Source: Malacoraja senta (taxonomy: Eukaryota). From it: a stretch of 64,000 nucleotides of DNA. The stretch is from assembly GCA_038087875.1 (NCBI GenBank), contig CM075988.1, positions 22,446,001 to 22,510,000 on the forward strand. Direction: 5' to 3'. Below are positions 25,866 through 39,767 of this stretch, piece after piece. The translations under genes were made by a program, and so were the position numbers. The first letter of the stretch is position 1; each line of letters starts with the position of its first letter. The notes below the pieces were generated by a model. It ran no database searches. It saw only the letters and a list, made by a program, of their open reading frames with translations, and was not told the DNA's origin.

Positions 25866-26650
25866 CTTCATAAGTTCATAAATTCTAGGAGCAGAATTAG
25901 GCAATTCAGCCCATCCAGTCTACTCCGCCATTCAATCCATCTTTCCCTCTCAACCCCATTCTCGTCTACTTCTCGTAACCCCCGACACCCGTACTAATTA
26001 AAAATCTGTTAATCTCCCCCTTAAATATATCAATTGACGGCCTCCACAGCCATCTATGGCAATGAATTCCACAGATTCACCACTCTCTGACCAAAGAAAT
26101 TCCTCCTCATCTCATTTCTAAGGGTATGTTCTCTTATTCTGATGCTATGGCCTCTGGTCCTAGACTCTCCCACGAGTGAAAACATCCACTCTATCCAGGC
26201 CTTTCACTATTTAATAAGTTTCAATGAGGTCTCATCCTTCTGAACTCCAGCGAGTACGGGCCCAGTGCCTTCAAACACTAATCATATGTTAACCCAATCA
26301 TTCCTGGGATGATTCTCGTAAACCTCCTCTGGACCCTCTCCAAAGTCGGCACATCCTCCCTCAGATATGGCGCCCAAAACTGCTCACAATACTCCAAATG
26401 TGGTCTGACCAGTGCCTTATAAAGCCTCGGCATAACACCCGTTTTTATATTTTAGTCCTCTCAAGATAAACGCTAGCATTGCATTCACCTTTCTTACTAC
26501 CGATTTGATTTGCAAATTAACTCTTTGGGAATCCTGCACCATCATCCCCAAATCTCTTTGCATCTCTGATTTCTGAATTCTCTCCCATTTATAAAATAGT
26601 CTATGCCTTTATTCCTTCTACCAAATGCACGACTCCACATTTTGCTATTT
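25866..26650 (-). mobile_element. CR1 3' fragment (older subfamily)
   Basis: RPHLEYCEQFWAPYL-type coding sequence and CR1 3' UTR; a related copy lies at ~55815-56432. Confidence 0.8.
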
Positions 26651-28004
26651 CGACAATGGTATCAAAATTACATAATTGGCTGTGACTTGGGACATTCTGA
26701 AATTGTGAAAGGTGTTTAATTTAAAGACATAAGCTCTTTTGCGGATATTTTCAATAAAAACCATAACCCCAACATCGGGAAAGCAAGCAAGCAAGGAGTT
26801 ACATTCAACTGCCAGAGATTAAATTAATTTATTGAAAACTACAGCAAAAAGTTAATTTGCAAACTTCTTCCAAATGTTTTAGAGATCTTTAAAAGATCTG
26901 TATGATTAAATTTGGGATGAGTCAAGCAATGATTCGCATATGAGAATTAAAATAATAATATAATCTTTCTGTTTATACATTAGAGCTGCAGCCATGCTCC
27001 GCAATAATCCACATGTGGAAAATATAAACTGTATCATATTATTATTCCAAGATGAATCCCAGAATTGGTTGGCTGTTTGAAATAAAAGCATTTTCAACTT
27101 TAACTGTTACATTTCTGATTGCACCTCTGCATCAGAACAGCTGTCTTGGCGAGTTGCTTGAATACATTTAAGGTAAACCACAGGTTTAAGATGAGGGGGG
27201 AAAGATTGAATAGGAACTTGAGGACCAACTTTTTTTTTTTACACAAAGGGTGGTGGGTGTATGGAACGAGGCTGCCAGAGGAGGTGGTTGAGGCAGGTAA
27301 CATTTAGGCAGGTACTCGCATAGGGCAGTTTTAGAGGGATATGGGCCAAACGCAGGCAGGTGGGACATGTTGGTTGTTGTGGGCATGTTGGGGGCGATGG
27401 GACAACAGAGATCTGTACTGTTGGACGGACAGTCCAAAGGGGATGCTGCATGAGAAGGCGGCTGGTACTGAGAGAACATTGTACAGATAAATGTGTAGAA
27501 AGGAATTGCAGATGCCGGTTTATACCGAAGATAGACACAAAGTGCTGGAGTAGATAATAGACAATAGGTGCAGGAGTAGGCCATTTGGCCCTTCGAGCGC
27601 CATTCAATGTGATCATGGCTGATCATCCCCAATCAGTACCCCGTTCCTGCCTTCTCCCCATATCCCCTGACTCCGCTATTTTTAAGAGCTCTACCTAGCT
27701 CTCTCTTGAAAGCATCCAGTGCACCTGCTTCCACCGCCCTCTGAGGCAGAGAATTCCACAGACTCACCACTCTCTGTGAGAAAAAGTGTTTCCTCGTCTC
27801 CGTTCTAAATGGCTCACTCCTTATTCTTAAACTGTGGAGTAGCTCAGCGCGTCAGGCAGCATCTCTGGAGAAAAAGGATGGGAGACATTTCAGGTCGGTT
27901 TATGTCGGGCCTTTCTTTAGACTGGTCACGACCTGAAACGTCACCCGCGCATTTTCTCCTGAGATGTTGTCTGAGGCACAGACAGATGTGTTATTCTGTT
28001 AAAC

Positions 28005-28298
28005 TAAGGCCAATCCTGCTCTCTCAGCCAAGGTATAAAAGATCCCACGACACTATTTCAAAACAGCAGCTAGGTTTTCCCCGGCACTGGACAATCTTTA
28101 CTGCGGAATCTCCATCACTGAAACCAAATACCTAGTTGTCATTAGTATAATCGTAATAAGCCATCTTTACAATGTTATCTGTGGACTTATCTGTCTCTAA
28201 CTGACTTCCATTTATCCTCACTTGAAAATAACTTTAATGGTTATAAACTTCTCAGGACATCTCGTAAAAGATGCTACATAAACTCAGTCTTGCCTTTT
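28005..28298 (+). mobile_element. Old Deu-domain SINE (SacSINE1/AmnSINE-like) fragment
   Basis: taaaagatcccacgacactatttcaaaacagcag...ccccggcactggacaat core; related decayed pieces at ~18790-18945 (+), ~35300-35520 (-) and ~59118-59535 (+). Confidence 0.6.
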
Positions 28299-28744
28299 TC
28301 TATTTTGATGGACACTTGGGATTATTAAGCACAAAATTCACATCCAAGAGATCCATCTGATCCATGGCGTGAGATCACTTTTAAACCAGGGATTGCCACA
28401 GTGCTTACGTTGTCTGAATCACATGCCCTTCCGTATATATTACAATGGCAATTCGAGGAAGACATACTGTATTGCACAGTCAATTTAGAGGTCCGACTTT
28501 GTTCCCCTGGGATTAGTTTATAAACAGCAAGTCTGTCGGGGTGGAAGATTGCAACCTTCACGTGGTCCGCCCTGTTTCGACTAATGCAATCAACTCGACG
28601 TGCACAAACGGAAGATCAAATAGAACAAGTTGTCCAACAACTTTAGGCTGTGCACGCCACACAAAAGAAGAAGAAGCAAGTCTGTCCCGGGAACACTGAT
28701 AACTCAAAAGAAGCGAACATACTCGCAGCATCGACACCCAGAGA

Positions 28745-29215
28745 TGGCCCCTTCGCCCGTCACCCCTCTGTGCCTTGTTCAACGGGAAGGAGTCCTCACT
28801 GCCCAGTGGTGCCTCTTCTGTGGAACAAGTCCACACCACCCAGTGATGACCCCTTCTCCCATCTCCAACATTCCTCCTCCTCTTGAACTGCCCCGGACAG
28901 CCACCAAATCCTCTCTGGCCTTTTTAAAAAAATCTCTAACAGCCGGCGAGACATCAACCGCCTTGATCTTTCTCCAGTTTTTACAATGATATATCCCTCC
29001 CGAGATCTCACCTTCCCATGTGAACAACTGCCCTACCAAGGAAACAACATGCCTGGGGTCATCTGTTGCCGGCCCTGACTGGTCCCAGTCTCTTCTCGCC
29101 TCCAGTTCTCCCCCCAACATTTATTCTGAAGAAGGGTCACCTGTCCTTTCTCTCCAGAGATGCTGCTTGACCCATTGAGTTGCTTCAGCACTTTATGGCC
29201 ATCTTTGAGTCCCTG
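28745..29215 (+). mobile_element. Decayed Penelope-like 5' ORF fragment plus terminal repeat
   Basis: DDPFSHLQHSSSS-type sequence, followed by the ctgaagaagggt terminal repeat. Confidence 0.5.
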
Positions 29216-30307
29216 CTAGGTTGGTTTACAGAACTTCCTCCAATGCTGCAGACAGCAGCTAGCTCCGAAGATGCACGGGAGGCCAGAGATATATCATGGA
29301 CCGTAGTGTCCCTAACCCACCCCCCCCCCCCCCTCTCCCTCCCCCTCTATCACCATCTCATAAGTGCAGACAACTAATTTTCAATTGAACTTTCACAAAC
29401 ACAAGCCCTCACTTAAAAAGGTCACCACTCGAGAACTGGAAGCGCAGTGTGATGTAATTTAAGTGCTCGGTTAATTGACGGAGATATGCCATTTAAAATC
29501 TTTATGGGCGTGATGGACACTCAGCATAAAACATGAGCGTAACAAACCGCTACTTAACTTCATCACAGCAGCTTGCATTTCTGCTCTAATACTTCCCAGC
29601 TGTGGCAGAAAAACCAGCAGAGACACACAGGCTGCAGACTGGACTTTTAATCTGAGAAAGGGTGTGAGACGTGTCACAGGGTTGCACTCAAGTTACTTGA
29701 CTGTTAGTGGTCCAATATATTCGACTAAACCATTCACCCCAAGCTGTGTGTTTGGTTCCAACTGAGACTTTAAAATCAAGTCATTAAATGTTTCAAGTTG
29801 AAGCCACTTAACTTTTTGATGTGGAATTCTCTGCCACAGAGGGTGGTTGAAGCCAGTTCATTGGCAATATTTAAGAGGGAGTTAGATGTGGCCCTTGTGG
29901 CTAAAGGGATCAGGGGGTATGGAGAGAAGGCAGGTACAGGATACTGAGTTGGATGATCAGCCATGATCATATTTAATGGCGGTGCAGGCTCGAAGGGCCG
30001 AATGGCCTACTCCTGCACCTATTTTCTATGTTCCTATGTTTCTATGTTTCTGGTGCCTTTCCCCACAGTGGAAATTTTTTATTCTGTTGTGGGGGACGTT
30101 TATGTTGAATTCTATAATGTGTTGTGTCATTTTTAATTTTTTCTATGGATGTACGGAAACTTAATTATTTCTTTTATGTAAAGCACTTTGGTTTCAACGC
30201 GAGTTGATTTAAACGCGCTATATAAATAAAACTTACTTTACTTTACACTGTGAGACTAATGGATTGTGGTAAAACCTTATCGTTACTATTGTTCTGAAGG
30301 GACATCA

Positions 30308-30615
30308 GTCTTTAGACTTTAGAGTTACAGCACGGAAACAGGCCCTTTGGCCGATTGAATCCGCGCCGACCAGCGATCACCCCGCACCCTAGCACTACCC
30401 TACACACTAGGCACAATTTACAATTTTACAGAAGCCAATTAGCCTACAAACCTGTACATCTTTGGAGTGTGGGAGGAAACCGGAACACCCATAGAAAACC
30501 CACGGGGTCACAGAGAGAAGGCACAAACTCCGTGCAGACAGCATCCATAGGCAGGATCGATTCCAGGCCTCTGTCGCTGTAAGGCAGCAACTCTACCTTG
30601 CGCCACTGTGCCGCT
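30308..30615 (-). mobile_element. V-SINE/HE1-like SINE
   Basis: Homologous to 1-301 along its length. Confidence 0.8.
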
Positions 30616-31680
30616 CCTGTCTGTGAAGGAAGTCTGTTGTCCTTACCCAGGGCTGGCCTATACCTAACACAACACTGCAGATGCTGGAATGTGGAGTAAA
30701 AAAAAACCGAACTGCTGGACAAACTCAGTGAGTAAGGCAGCATCTGCGTGGTTGGATTTCACACACACTGTGTAATCCATTGCTGTCTGGAGAGGTTGCA
30801 AAAAAGAGACACAAAGTGCCAAAGTAACAGCGAGTCTGGCAGCCTTCCTTTAGAACATGGATAGGCGACATTTCGGGTCGGGTCTATTACATTGTCTAAA
30901 GAAGGGCCCCGACCCAAAATATCGTCTGCCCGTTTCCTCCAAAGATGTAGCCTGGCCTCCTGAGTTTGTCCTGAAAATTAGTCGCCTGTACTTTGTTTTT
31001 TTACCAATGTCATTGTCTCGTCAATACAGTGCCAGTTAATGTGTTAAAGAAGGAACTGCAGATGCTGGAAAATCGAAGGTACACAAAAATGCTGGAGAAA
31101 CTCAGTGGGTGCAGCAGCATCTATGGAGCGAAGGAAACAGGTAACGTTTCGGGCCGAAACCCTTCTTTAGACCAGTTAATGCTGGATAATAAATGTTTGC
31201 ATTCACAACAATATCCACCAAATTAATTATTAAAACTCTGTACTCTACAAGGGAGTCTTGCTCCGGGGCACTCTTCCTGTATTGCTGTGATGCTTAATTC
31301 CTTGGAAAAGCAAGATGAACCAGGCTCCCACAGACACAATGGGAGACAGATCCAGCTTCTAATCATCTTTCCAAAAATTCAGAACCCTCACGAGTTTAGA
31401 GATCTCTCTTGACATCCATCTACCTTCCTTCTGAACACCTTGTTTTGTCTCTCTTGTCTTGGGAAATAGTATCTATCACATCAAGCACATATACTTAATG
31501 GGACTACAAGTGTTTTCAGCTTAAACTGCTCCACACAGCTCCCATCCCAGGCATCCACCTCTGGGCAGGGATATTCTTTGGTAAGCAGGCTATAATTGTA
31601 AAGAGAACTCCAGGTGTGATCTCACCAAGGCCACACAGTATAGGAAGCCTGTTGACTGCAGCTTGACCTTCCATGTTAAC

Positions 31681-32235
31681 CCAAGATGGCGGGGGTGGAC
31701 GCAAGGAACAAACGGTCGGTGTGCAGAACTGGGGTTTTACCTCCCGCACCATCCAAACGCCCCAGCTGCCACGAGGTCGGCTGCGGGAGGTTCGCTGGCC
31801 GATGCGTGGATCCGGGTCCAGGCGGCGGTGGAGTAGGCCGCTGGAGGCCCTGCAGCAGCCTGGGCCTTGACTGGATCGGGCCTCTCTCTAAGAGACCTGG
31901 TGAACGGGCCGGAAGCGACCTGCAGCCACACGGAGCGGTGGAGCAGTGGTGGAGGACATCAATGGCTTTGCTTGGACAGGCCAACCCTGCAACGTTGCCA
32001 GGACAACGGGCCTTCATGACCAGGTGAGGAATTCTGCTTTTATAACAACTTGGACTTGAAAATGGCACCAAAACCAGGAGATTCTTGTATATTGTCTCAG
32101 TCTACTATTCCTATACACTTGTCCAGAATCCAAGATTATGGTTATATATAATAATCATTTTACTGAACTGCATGCAGAAAATAATTTCACTATACCTCAG
32201 TACACGTGACTATAAAGTCCCATTGATCCATTGAC
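31681..32235 (+). mobile_element. GC-rich non-autonomous retroposon with Rex1-like 3' tail
   Basis: Starts ccaagatggcg, CpG-rich body; ends ttcactatacctcagtacacgtgactataaag with a (CCATTGAT) repeat. Confidence 0.55.
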
Positions 32236-33467
32236 AAGGACCATTCCATGATGAACAAACCAATGGGCTCACATATAGCCTCCCTCAAGGGATTACACCA
32301 CCGTGACTAAGAGCCCAGAAATTGAACTGTAATTTTCTGACAAAGTGCATACAAAAAAACTGATCTCACTTACACACTTCAATTACACATCTGAATGTGC
32401 TTTGCCTCCTTACCAAGCAGCTGTGACGGCTGGCTTAACCCAATCTGGCTGCCGTGTGCACCTCAGCAGGGTGGGAACAGCCGGGGCAATAAAGCCTCAC
32501 CATACAGCCAGCGGGAATTTGTGAACTGCACGGATCAGGAGGACGGGTGACGGATGGGGAAAGGAGAGACAAGGGCAGCAATCACCTGTCGGTCTGGGCA
32601 GCCTCGGCTTTCTACAAATCAGATCGGAAAGACTCAAATTGCTTCCAGCACAGGAATAAAAACCATGAGGAGAGGCTGCAGTCAACGGAGCCTTGGAACC
32701 ATTACAGTGCAGCCCAGATCTATACGCTGAATGAGGCATCGCGAGATATATGATTAATATAAGCCTGTGGGATTAGCATGTACAGGCACAATAGTTGGCA
32801 AAGGCAAGATGTGCTGAAGGGCCTGTTTCCACACTGTACAACTCTACGACACAAACATGTGCAGGTTGTAGCTTCCAACAATGTGCACATTTCTGACTGC
32901 CTGATAAAATGACCTGTTGCTGTGTGTAAACTGGTGTCCAGGCATTCCATGTCACAACATGAACTAGATTCCAATCGCACATGACTACTGCAAAGGACCT
33001 CCATGGACGTGGCAAATGTCAGTGTACCAAGAGTGTCTTTGGGACAAACAGCCCTATCTGTCTGGTTGGTTTGAATACAGCATGACAAACATTACAGCAG
33101 GGACAGTCGCAATAGAAAATAGAAAAAAACGTATTAATGAAGAACATTGACACAAAAACATGCCAAAAGATGAAAACAAGAACTACGCTTTTGAAGATCA
33201 AAGGTCATAAAATGCTGAAATCAGTAGGTCAGGCAGCATCTCTGAAGAACATGGATAGGTGATGTACTGGGTCGAGACCCTTCATCAAACGGAGTTTGAA
33301 GAAGGATCATGACCCAAAACGTCACGTATCCATATTCTTGAGCAAAGTTACTCCAGCACTTTGTGTCCTTTCGTGTATTAACCAGCATCTGCAGTTCCTC
33401 GTTTCTATGCTTTTGTATATTTCAATTAATTGCAGATTTTGGATAACTGACCACGAGCATAAAAATG

Positions 33468-33760
33468 AAAGGTAGACAAAAAATGCTGGAAAAACTCAGC
33501 GGCTGAGGCAGCATCTATGGAGCGGAGGAATAGGCGGCGTTTCGGGTCGAGACCCTTCTTCAGACTGATGTTGGGGGGGGGGAGATAAAGAAAGACAGTG
33601 GGCTGTGGTAGAGCTGGGAAGTTGAGGGGAAGGAGGGAGAAAGCAAGGACTACCTGAAATTGGAGAAGTCAATGTTCATACCACTGAGGTGTAAACTACC
33701 CAAGTGAAATATGAGGTGCTGTTCCTCCAATTTGTGGTGGGACTCACTCTGGCCACGGAG
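33468..33760 (-). mobile_element. Penelope-like element 3' end: GIY-YIG C-terminus followed by hammerhead-bearing terminal repeat
   Basis: KLEEQHLIFHLGSLHLSGMNIDFSNFR*, then a pyrimidine tract, then CTGAAGAAGGGTCTCGACCCGAAAC on the same strand. Confidence 0.8.
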
Positions 33761-34180
33761 CATAAGACTACTGTGTTTATTTCTAAATACGCTGCACAAA
33801 ATCCTCACAAGGAAATAATTGTAGAGATATTTTTCTTCGTTGATCAACGTTAGCAGAAACGTTACGAAGAAACGCTGGACCCTTCTGGTGGTATTTTAAT
33901 TTTGGTTTGTGAGGAGGAAAGTGCATTGCCAAGTCGGACAGATGTTCTGCAAGTACATATTTACCCCATTCCTTTACTGTTCTGCACAAGTGCTTTTAAT
34001 CACAGAAACTCACTCGTAAAAAACAGATGCACGGGGGTTCCCAGTTTTCACTTTAGGAAAAAAAGGTTCACAACCACCATAAAAATTATCGCCGACTTGC
34101 AGCAAAGCGGCAGGATTGAACACCTTGCGAGCAGGGACATCGTCCTGAAGGCATTTACTGTTACGTCTGACACAAGAAAG

Positions 34181-34502
34181 TCCTTCGAGCCAGCACCACC
34201 ATTCAATGTGATCATGGCTGATCATCCCCAATCAGTACCCTGCCTTCTGCCTTCTCCCCTGACTCCGCTATTTTTAAGAGCCCTATCTAGCTCTCTCTTG
34301 AAAGCATCCAGAGAACCTGCCTCCACCACCCTCTGAGGCTGAGAATTCCACACACTCACCACTCTCTGTGAGAAAAAGTGTTTCCTCGTCTCCGTTCTAA
34401 ATGGCTTATTCCTTATTCTTAAACTGTGGCCCCTGGTTCTGGACTCCCCCAACATCGGGAACATGTTTCCTGCCTCTAGTGTGTCAAAGCCCTTAACAAT
34501 CT
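34181..34502 (-). mobile_element. CR1 3' fragment
   Basis: MFPMLGESRTRGHSLRI...; further copies at ~17514-17770, 27553-27838, 29819-30048, 43115-43330, 47051-47432 and 52722-52942. Confidence 0.85.
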
Positions 34503-35700
34503 TCTGGTGTGCTGGACACTCTCTCGGGCAGCTGCATCCTTGGTAAGTGGGAAACTGTCACCACTTTTGGCAAAATAAAATTCCCATGTCATGGAGCCTG
34601 CTCCTTTGAGCATTGGTGGTGCTACGGTTGATATGGTTTTATACGAGGCTACTGTGAAATCAATGATTAGGCATCAGGCATCAAATGTTGCCAAAAGGTA
34701 CAGCCACCTGATAGACAAGACTCTCAATCGAAATGGGTGCCTGACGACTGGACAGATTACTTAGCAAAGACATCCCAAATGTGGACAGACTGGTGGGGCA
34801 AGCTAACTTTACCTGCTGATAGAGAGGTCAGGTAAAGCTGGAGGAGGGGCCCTGCACAGGAGCAGGTGGTGATAAGATGCACCAACTGAAGGCCATTGGA
34901 AGATAAAGGGCTCGCGTTTTGGTTGTGCTTTCCTCAGCTCCTCCGAGAAACACCTCAATGCAATTCATGGTGTCGAACCAAGGAACTGCAGATGCCGGTT
35001 AATGCACAAAAGTGCTGGAGTAACTCAGTAGGTCAGTCAGCATGCCGGGAGAACGTAGATACAGTTGACGACGTTTTTGGGACGAGACCATTCTACAGGC
35101 TGATAGATAGGTGGCACTTCTGGTCAAGACCCTTCTTCAGTCCCTGGCCCGAAAAGTCACCTATCCATGTTCTCCAGAGACGCTGCCTGACCGGCTGGGT
35201 TACTCCAGAGCTTCGTGTCCTTTCAATTCAATTCATTTTACTACAGTGGATGAGATACGGGCTGGAAACCTTTGGAGATGCAACGTAAATCTTTGTAATG
35301 CTTTTCAGATTTTCAGTTGAACGGCATGCACTTCGTAACCGATGAAATGCTTCTGAAATGAAGTTATTGCTGCTTTGTTGGCAAACACCACGGCTAACTA
35401 TACCCTACAGGTTCCCACAAAAACCAATGCTATGAATGATCTCATTTCTGTGGTGTCATCTGGTATAACAAAGGTCGCCCTGGACACCAGAAGAATTCAT
35501 TATTCTGATCCAAACAATGTACCTAATCTTTAGAAGTTTGAAGAAGGGTTTCGACTGGAAACGTCACCTATTCCTTTTCTCCAGAGATGCTGGCTGACCC
35601 ACTGAGTTACTCTAGCATTTTGTGTCTATCTTTGGTGTAAACCAGCATCTGCAGCTCTGTCCTGCACATACCTAATCTATGCAACTGGTTCCGAGGACAG

Positions 35701-36067
35701 ATAAGATTGTTAAGGGCTTGGACATGCTAGAGGCAGGAAACATGTTCCCGATGTTGGGGGAGTCCAGAACCAGGGGCCACAGTTTAAGAATAAGGAGTAA
35801 GCCATTTAGAACAGAGACGAGGAAACACCTTTTCTCACAGAGAGTGGTGAGTCTGTGGAATTCTCTGCCTCAGAGGGCGGTGGAGGCAGGTTCTCTGGAT
35901 GCCTTTAAGAGAGAGATAGATAGGACTCTTAAAGATAGCGGAGTCAGGGGATATGGGGAGAAGGCAGGAACGGGGTACTGATTGGGGATGATCAGCCATG
36001 ATCACATTGAATGGCGGTGCTGGCTCGAAGGGCCAAATGGCCTACTCGTGCACCTATTGTCTATTGT
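35701..36067 (+). mobile_element. CR1 3' fragment
   Basis: KIVKGLDMLEAGNMFP...GYGEKAGTGY* and tail. Confidence 0.85.
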
Positions 36068-36282
36068 TTCAATTGGAAATTTCATCCAAGACATGGCACC
36101 TCTGATGATGTGGCACTTCCGCAGTTCAGCATTGGACATTGTTGAGACGAATGTTCCAGTAACTGGATGTACTCAAACCTACAAGTTTCCCCTAAAGTGC
36201 TGTCCATTAAAGCTGACAAAGGAGGAGTCTAAACATAGAAGGGAGTGATTAAAGGGCCTGTCCCTATAATGGGAGTGATTAA

Positions 36283-36477
36283 AGGGCCTGTCCCACTTAG
36301 GCGACTCTTTAGGCGACTGCCAGGGACTAGTTTTAATGGAATTCACCTACGACACCTGGCGACAACCTACGAGAGCAAAAGTTGTCGCCACTGTCGCCGA
36401 ATAATTTTCAACATGTTGAAAATTTTGTGGCAGTCGCCTGTAGTTGCCCATAAAATCGCCTAAGTGGGACAGGCCCT
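36283..36477. mobile_element. PIF/Harbinger-like MITE
   Basis: TIR agggcctgtcccacttaggcga / tcgcctaagtgggacaggccct; internal palindrome aattttcaacatgttgaaaatt. Confidence 0.8.
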
Positions 36478-39306
36478 AAAGGAGACAGAGGTTACTATGA
36501 CAACTGTAGCGCCAATGACAAGAGCCCACAGAAAAAAGGTTAATTTTGCTATTCAGCCTCCATATTTTCTCCCTTCACTCCATAACCTGCTGCCGCTCTG
36601 TCAACTAAGGAAACTTTATATTCTGGCCTCATCTTCCAATCTGCACCTGCACTTCATTCAATCTGCACTTGCACTTCATTTAATCTGCAATTTCTCTGTT
36701 GCTGTAACACTGTATTGTGTCCACTGTTTCTCGTTTGCATTACCTGTTGTAATCATGTGTGATATAGTCTGCCTGGATAGTACACAAAATAAAGGTTTTC
36801 GCTGTACCTCGGTACACGATGTGACAATGAAAAACCAACAGCAAGTTTAAATGCTCCACCATTTCAACCCTATCTCCAGCTGCTGGACCTCAAGGTATGA
36901 ACCTCACTCCCCAAACTTTAATGTTCTCTGCATTTCTTCTTTAAAACCCACCTCCACCTGTTGTCAGGGGTTATGGGGAGAAGGCAGGAGAATGCGGTTG
37001 AGAAGAAAAAAAGGTCAATCAGTCATGATTGAATGGCAGAGGAGACGTGATGGGCCGAATGGCCTACTTCTGCTCCTAGAATTTATGAACTTTTCATTTG
37101 CAACGTAATGTGTTTACAACTATTGACCAGGGATGAATTTCTTGGCCTGACTGTTGAGCAGTTATGCGTTAACCACACAGCTAGAGTCTACCAAGCCAAA
37201 CTTGGTCAGGATAGCAAATTTCGTTCCTAAAAGAACATTGATGGATTTTGATGATGTTTCAACATTTCACGGTCACCATTACTGATAATTAATTCCAAAT
37301 TTATTTAATTAACCAAATGTAATTGCCAAACCATGGCAGCAATGGGATCTGTACTCACTTTGCTGAATCTTTGGATCAGGCTTTCAGATAATCGACCAAT
37401 AATAACCATGAAGCTCTCATTTGGGCCCCATATCTGAGGAAGGATGTGCTGGCGTTGGAGAGGGTCCAGGCGAGGTTTACGAGAATGATCCCAGCAATAA
37501 CTGGGTTAACATATGATGAGTGTTTGACAGCACTGGGCCTGTACTCGCTGGAGGGGGATATTTTTTAGTCAGAGGGTGTGGAATTCAATGCCACAGAAGG
37601 CAGTGGAGGCCAAGTCAATGGATATTTTTTAGGTGGAGATTGACAGATTCTTGATTAGTAAAGGTGTCAGGGGTTATGGGTTATGGGGAGAAGGCAGGAG
37701 AATGGGGTTAAGAGGGAATGATAGATCAGCCATGATTGAATAGCGGAGTAGACTTAATGGGCCGAAAGGCCTACTTCTGCTCTGAGAACATATGAATCTT
37801 TGATTCCCTGTCTATATATTTCCTGACGTGACTCCATGTTTTAGTTTGTTTATGCTTCTTGGAACATTTTCCTTTACTTAGGCTGCTTCACAAATGGAAG
37901 CTGTTACTGATGTTAATTAAACTAAAACATCGGTAGCTCAGAGGGGTTATATACAAGTTCAATGGCATTTATTTTGTGTCTGGGTCTCAGCCTCTCATGC
38001 TAGCTACCACATGGGACACAGAAAAAGATAATCAGTTCTGCAAATAATAGATATATTTATTTATTTAAAGTTGTCAGGCCAAAACTATTATATTTTCTAT
38101 GCGGCTGTCAAAATGTAAAATGGGAGTTTTCCTAATCTTGAACCGAAGAGCAATTCAAGATTCAAGAGAGTTTATTGTCATGTGTCCCTGATAGGACAAT
38201 GAAATTCTTGCTTTGCTTCAGCACAACAGAACATAGTAGGCATGACTACAGAACAGATCAGTGTGTCCATATACCATTATATATATATATACACACACAT
38301 GAATAAATAAACTGATAAAGTGCAAATAACAGATAATGGGCTATTAATGTTCAGAGTTTTGTCCGAGCCAAGTTTAATAGCCTGATGGCTGTGGGGAAGT
38401 AGCTATTCCTGAACCTGGTCGTTGGTTAAAGTGGAACTTTAACCAGCGATAAGAATAATAGGTGTGACAATAGGGGAGGGGAGGGGAGAGAAGGGTAGTT
38501 AGAAATTGCCACCCAGGATCTGCAATAAGAACTCCCAGGTGATCAAATGCAGCAACACAGGAAACAGACTGAATGGTGGCCAAACCCACACCACACGCTG
38601 CCTGCACAGTCTTCCCATATTCCTTCGCCGGTCTATCAGGTGGAGCTGATTTACAGTGGGAATTTTATATCCACATGGAGCCAATCCCACCTTGTACAAA
38701 TATTGAATTTCAAAGGGCATGAAATCAAACAGATTTGGTTCTGTGGCCAGGTTGGGAGCAGAACTCAGTGCCTTTCCCCATTACACCTGCACTGTCAATG
38801 AGTAAACCTGCCTTTACACTGACCTATATCTTAACTGTTGAACACCTTGCGAGACTTTGATGTTTGAAACAAACTTCCGACTGGAGTCCCGAACTCACAA
38901 GGGTAAATCTGGCTTCTTGATGCAGAATTACTGATACTTCCCAGCATGTTCTGGCCCAAAGACTCAGTATTACACCTGGTGTGTAGGAATTTGCCTTGGG
39001 GAAAGATTTTTATTTGAGCCAAGGTCTTCTGCTCCATTCTTAAAATAAGCCTCCAAAGACACGTTTGGGCACTCTTGCATGGTACGAGTTAAAGTCTTTT
39101 CCTTATTTAGCCCAAACCAGTCAATTAACAAGCATTCCACTTTCCTAGAAGCCTATAAACAGCCTTTCACTACTTTTCTTCCTGTCACTATTCCAATTTA
39201 TACATCACTTCTTTACACCATGGCCTGCAGTCGCGATGAAAAACCTGATACGTGGCACCTCATCAAACATCTTCTGTAAGTCAAGCAATCTCACAGCCTT
39301 CATCCA

Positions 39307-39767
39307 GAGTTTAGTTTAATTTATTATTGTCACATGTACTGAGGTACAGCGAGAAGCTTTTCTTGCGTGCTATGCAGTCAGTGAAAAGACAATACACGAT
39401 TACAATTGAGCTGTCCACAATGTACATATACAGGATCAATGGTATGACGTTTGGTGCAAGGTAAAGTCCAGTAAAGTCCAATGATAGATAGTTCGAAGGT
39501 CTCCAATGAGGTACATGGGAGGTCGGGACCGCTCTCTAGTTGGTGACAGGATGGTTCAGTTGCCTGATAACAGCTGGGAAGAAACTGCCCCTGAATCTGG
39601 AGGTGTGCATTTTCGGAAATCTGTATCTCTTGCTAGATGGGAGAAGGGAGAAGAGGGAGTGACCGGGGTGAGACTGGTCCTTGATTATGCTGCTGGCCTT
39701 GCCGAGGCAGCGTGAAGTGTAGATGAAATCAATGGCAGGGAGGATCATTTGTGTGATGGTCTGGGTT
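39307..39767 (-). mobile_element. Rex1-type LINE 3' fragment
   Basis: SIIKDQSHPGHSLFSLLPSSKRYR...RFRGSFFPAVIRQLN; (TAAAC)n tail. Confidence 0.8.

Noticed and set aside
32720..33088. 122-aa Cys-rich ORF in unique sequence
   Set aside because: No recognisable domain or convincing splice sites; runs into a SINE tail.
34014..34166. Possible 153-bp minus-strand exon (tgtcag...gtgagt)
   Set aside because: The phase-0 frame starts ACG TAA, there is no PCSK7 similarity, and such splice-like pairs occur by chance.
37240..37290. TGATGA...CTGA snoRNA-like box pair
   Set aside because: Too short, on the strand opposite the host transcript, and apparently within a decayed SINE.
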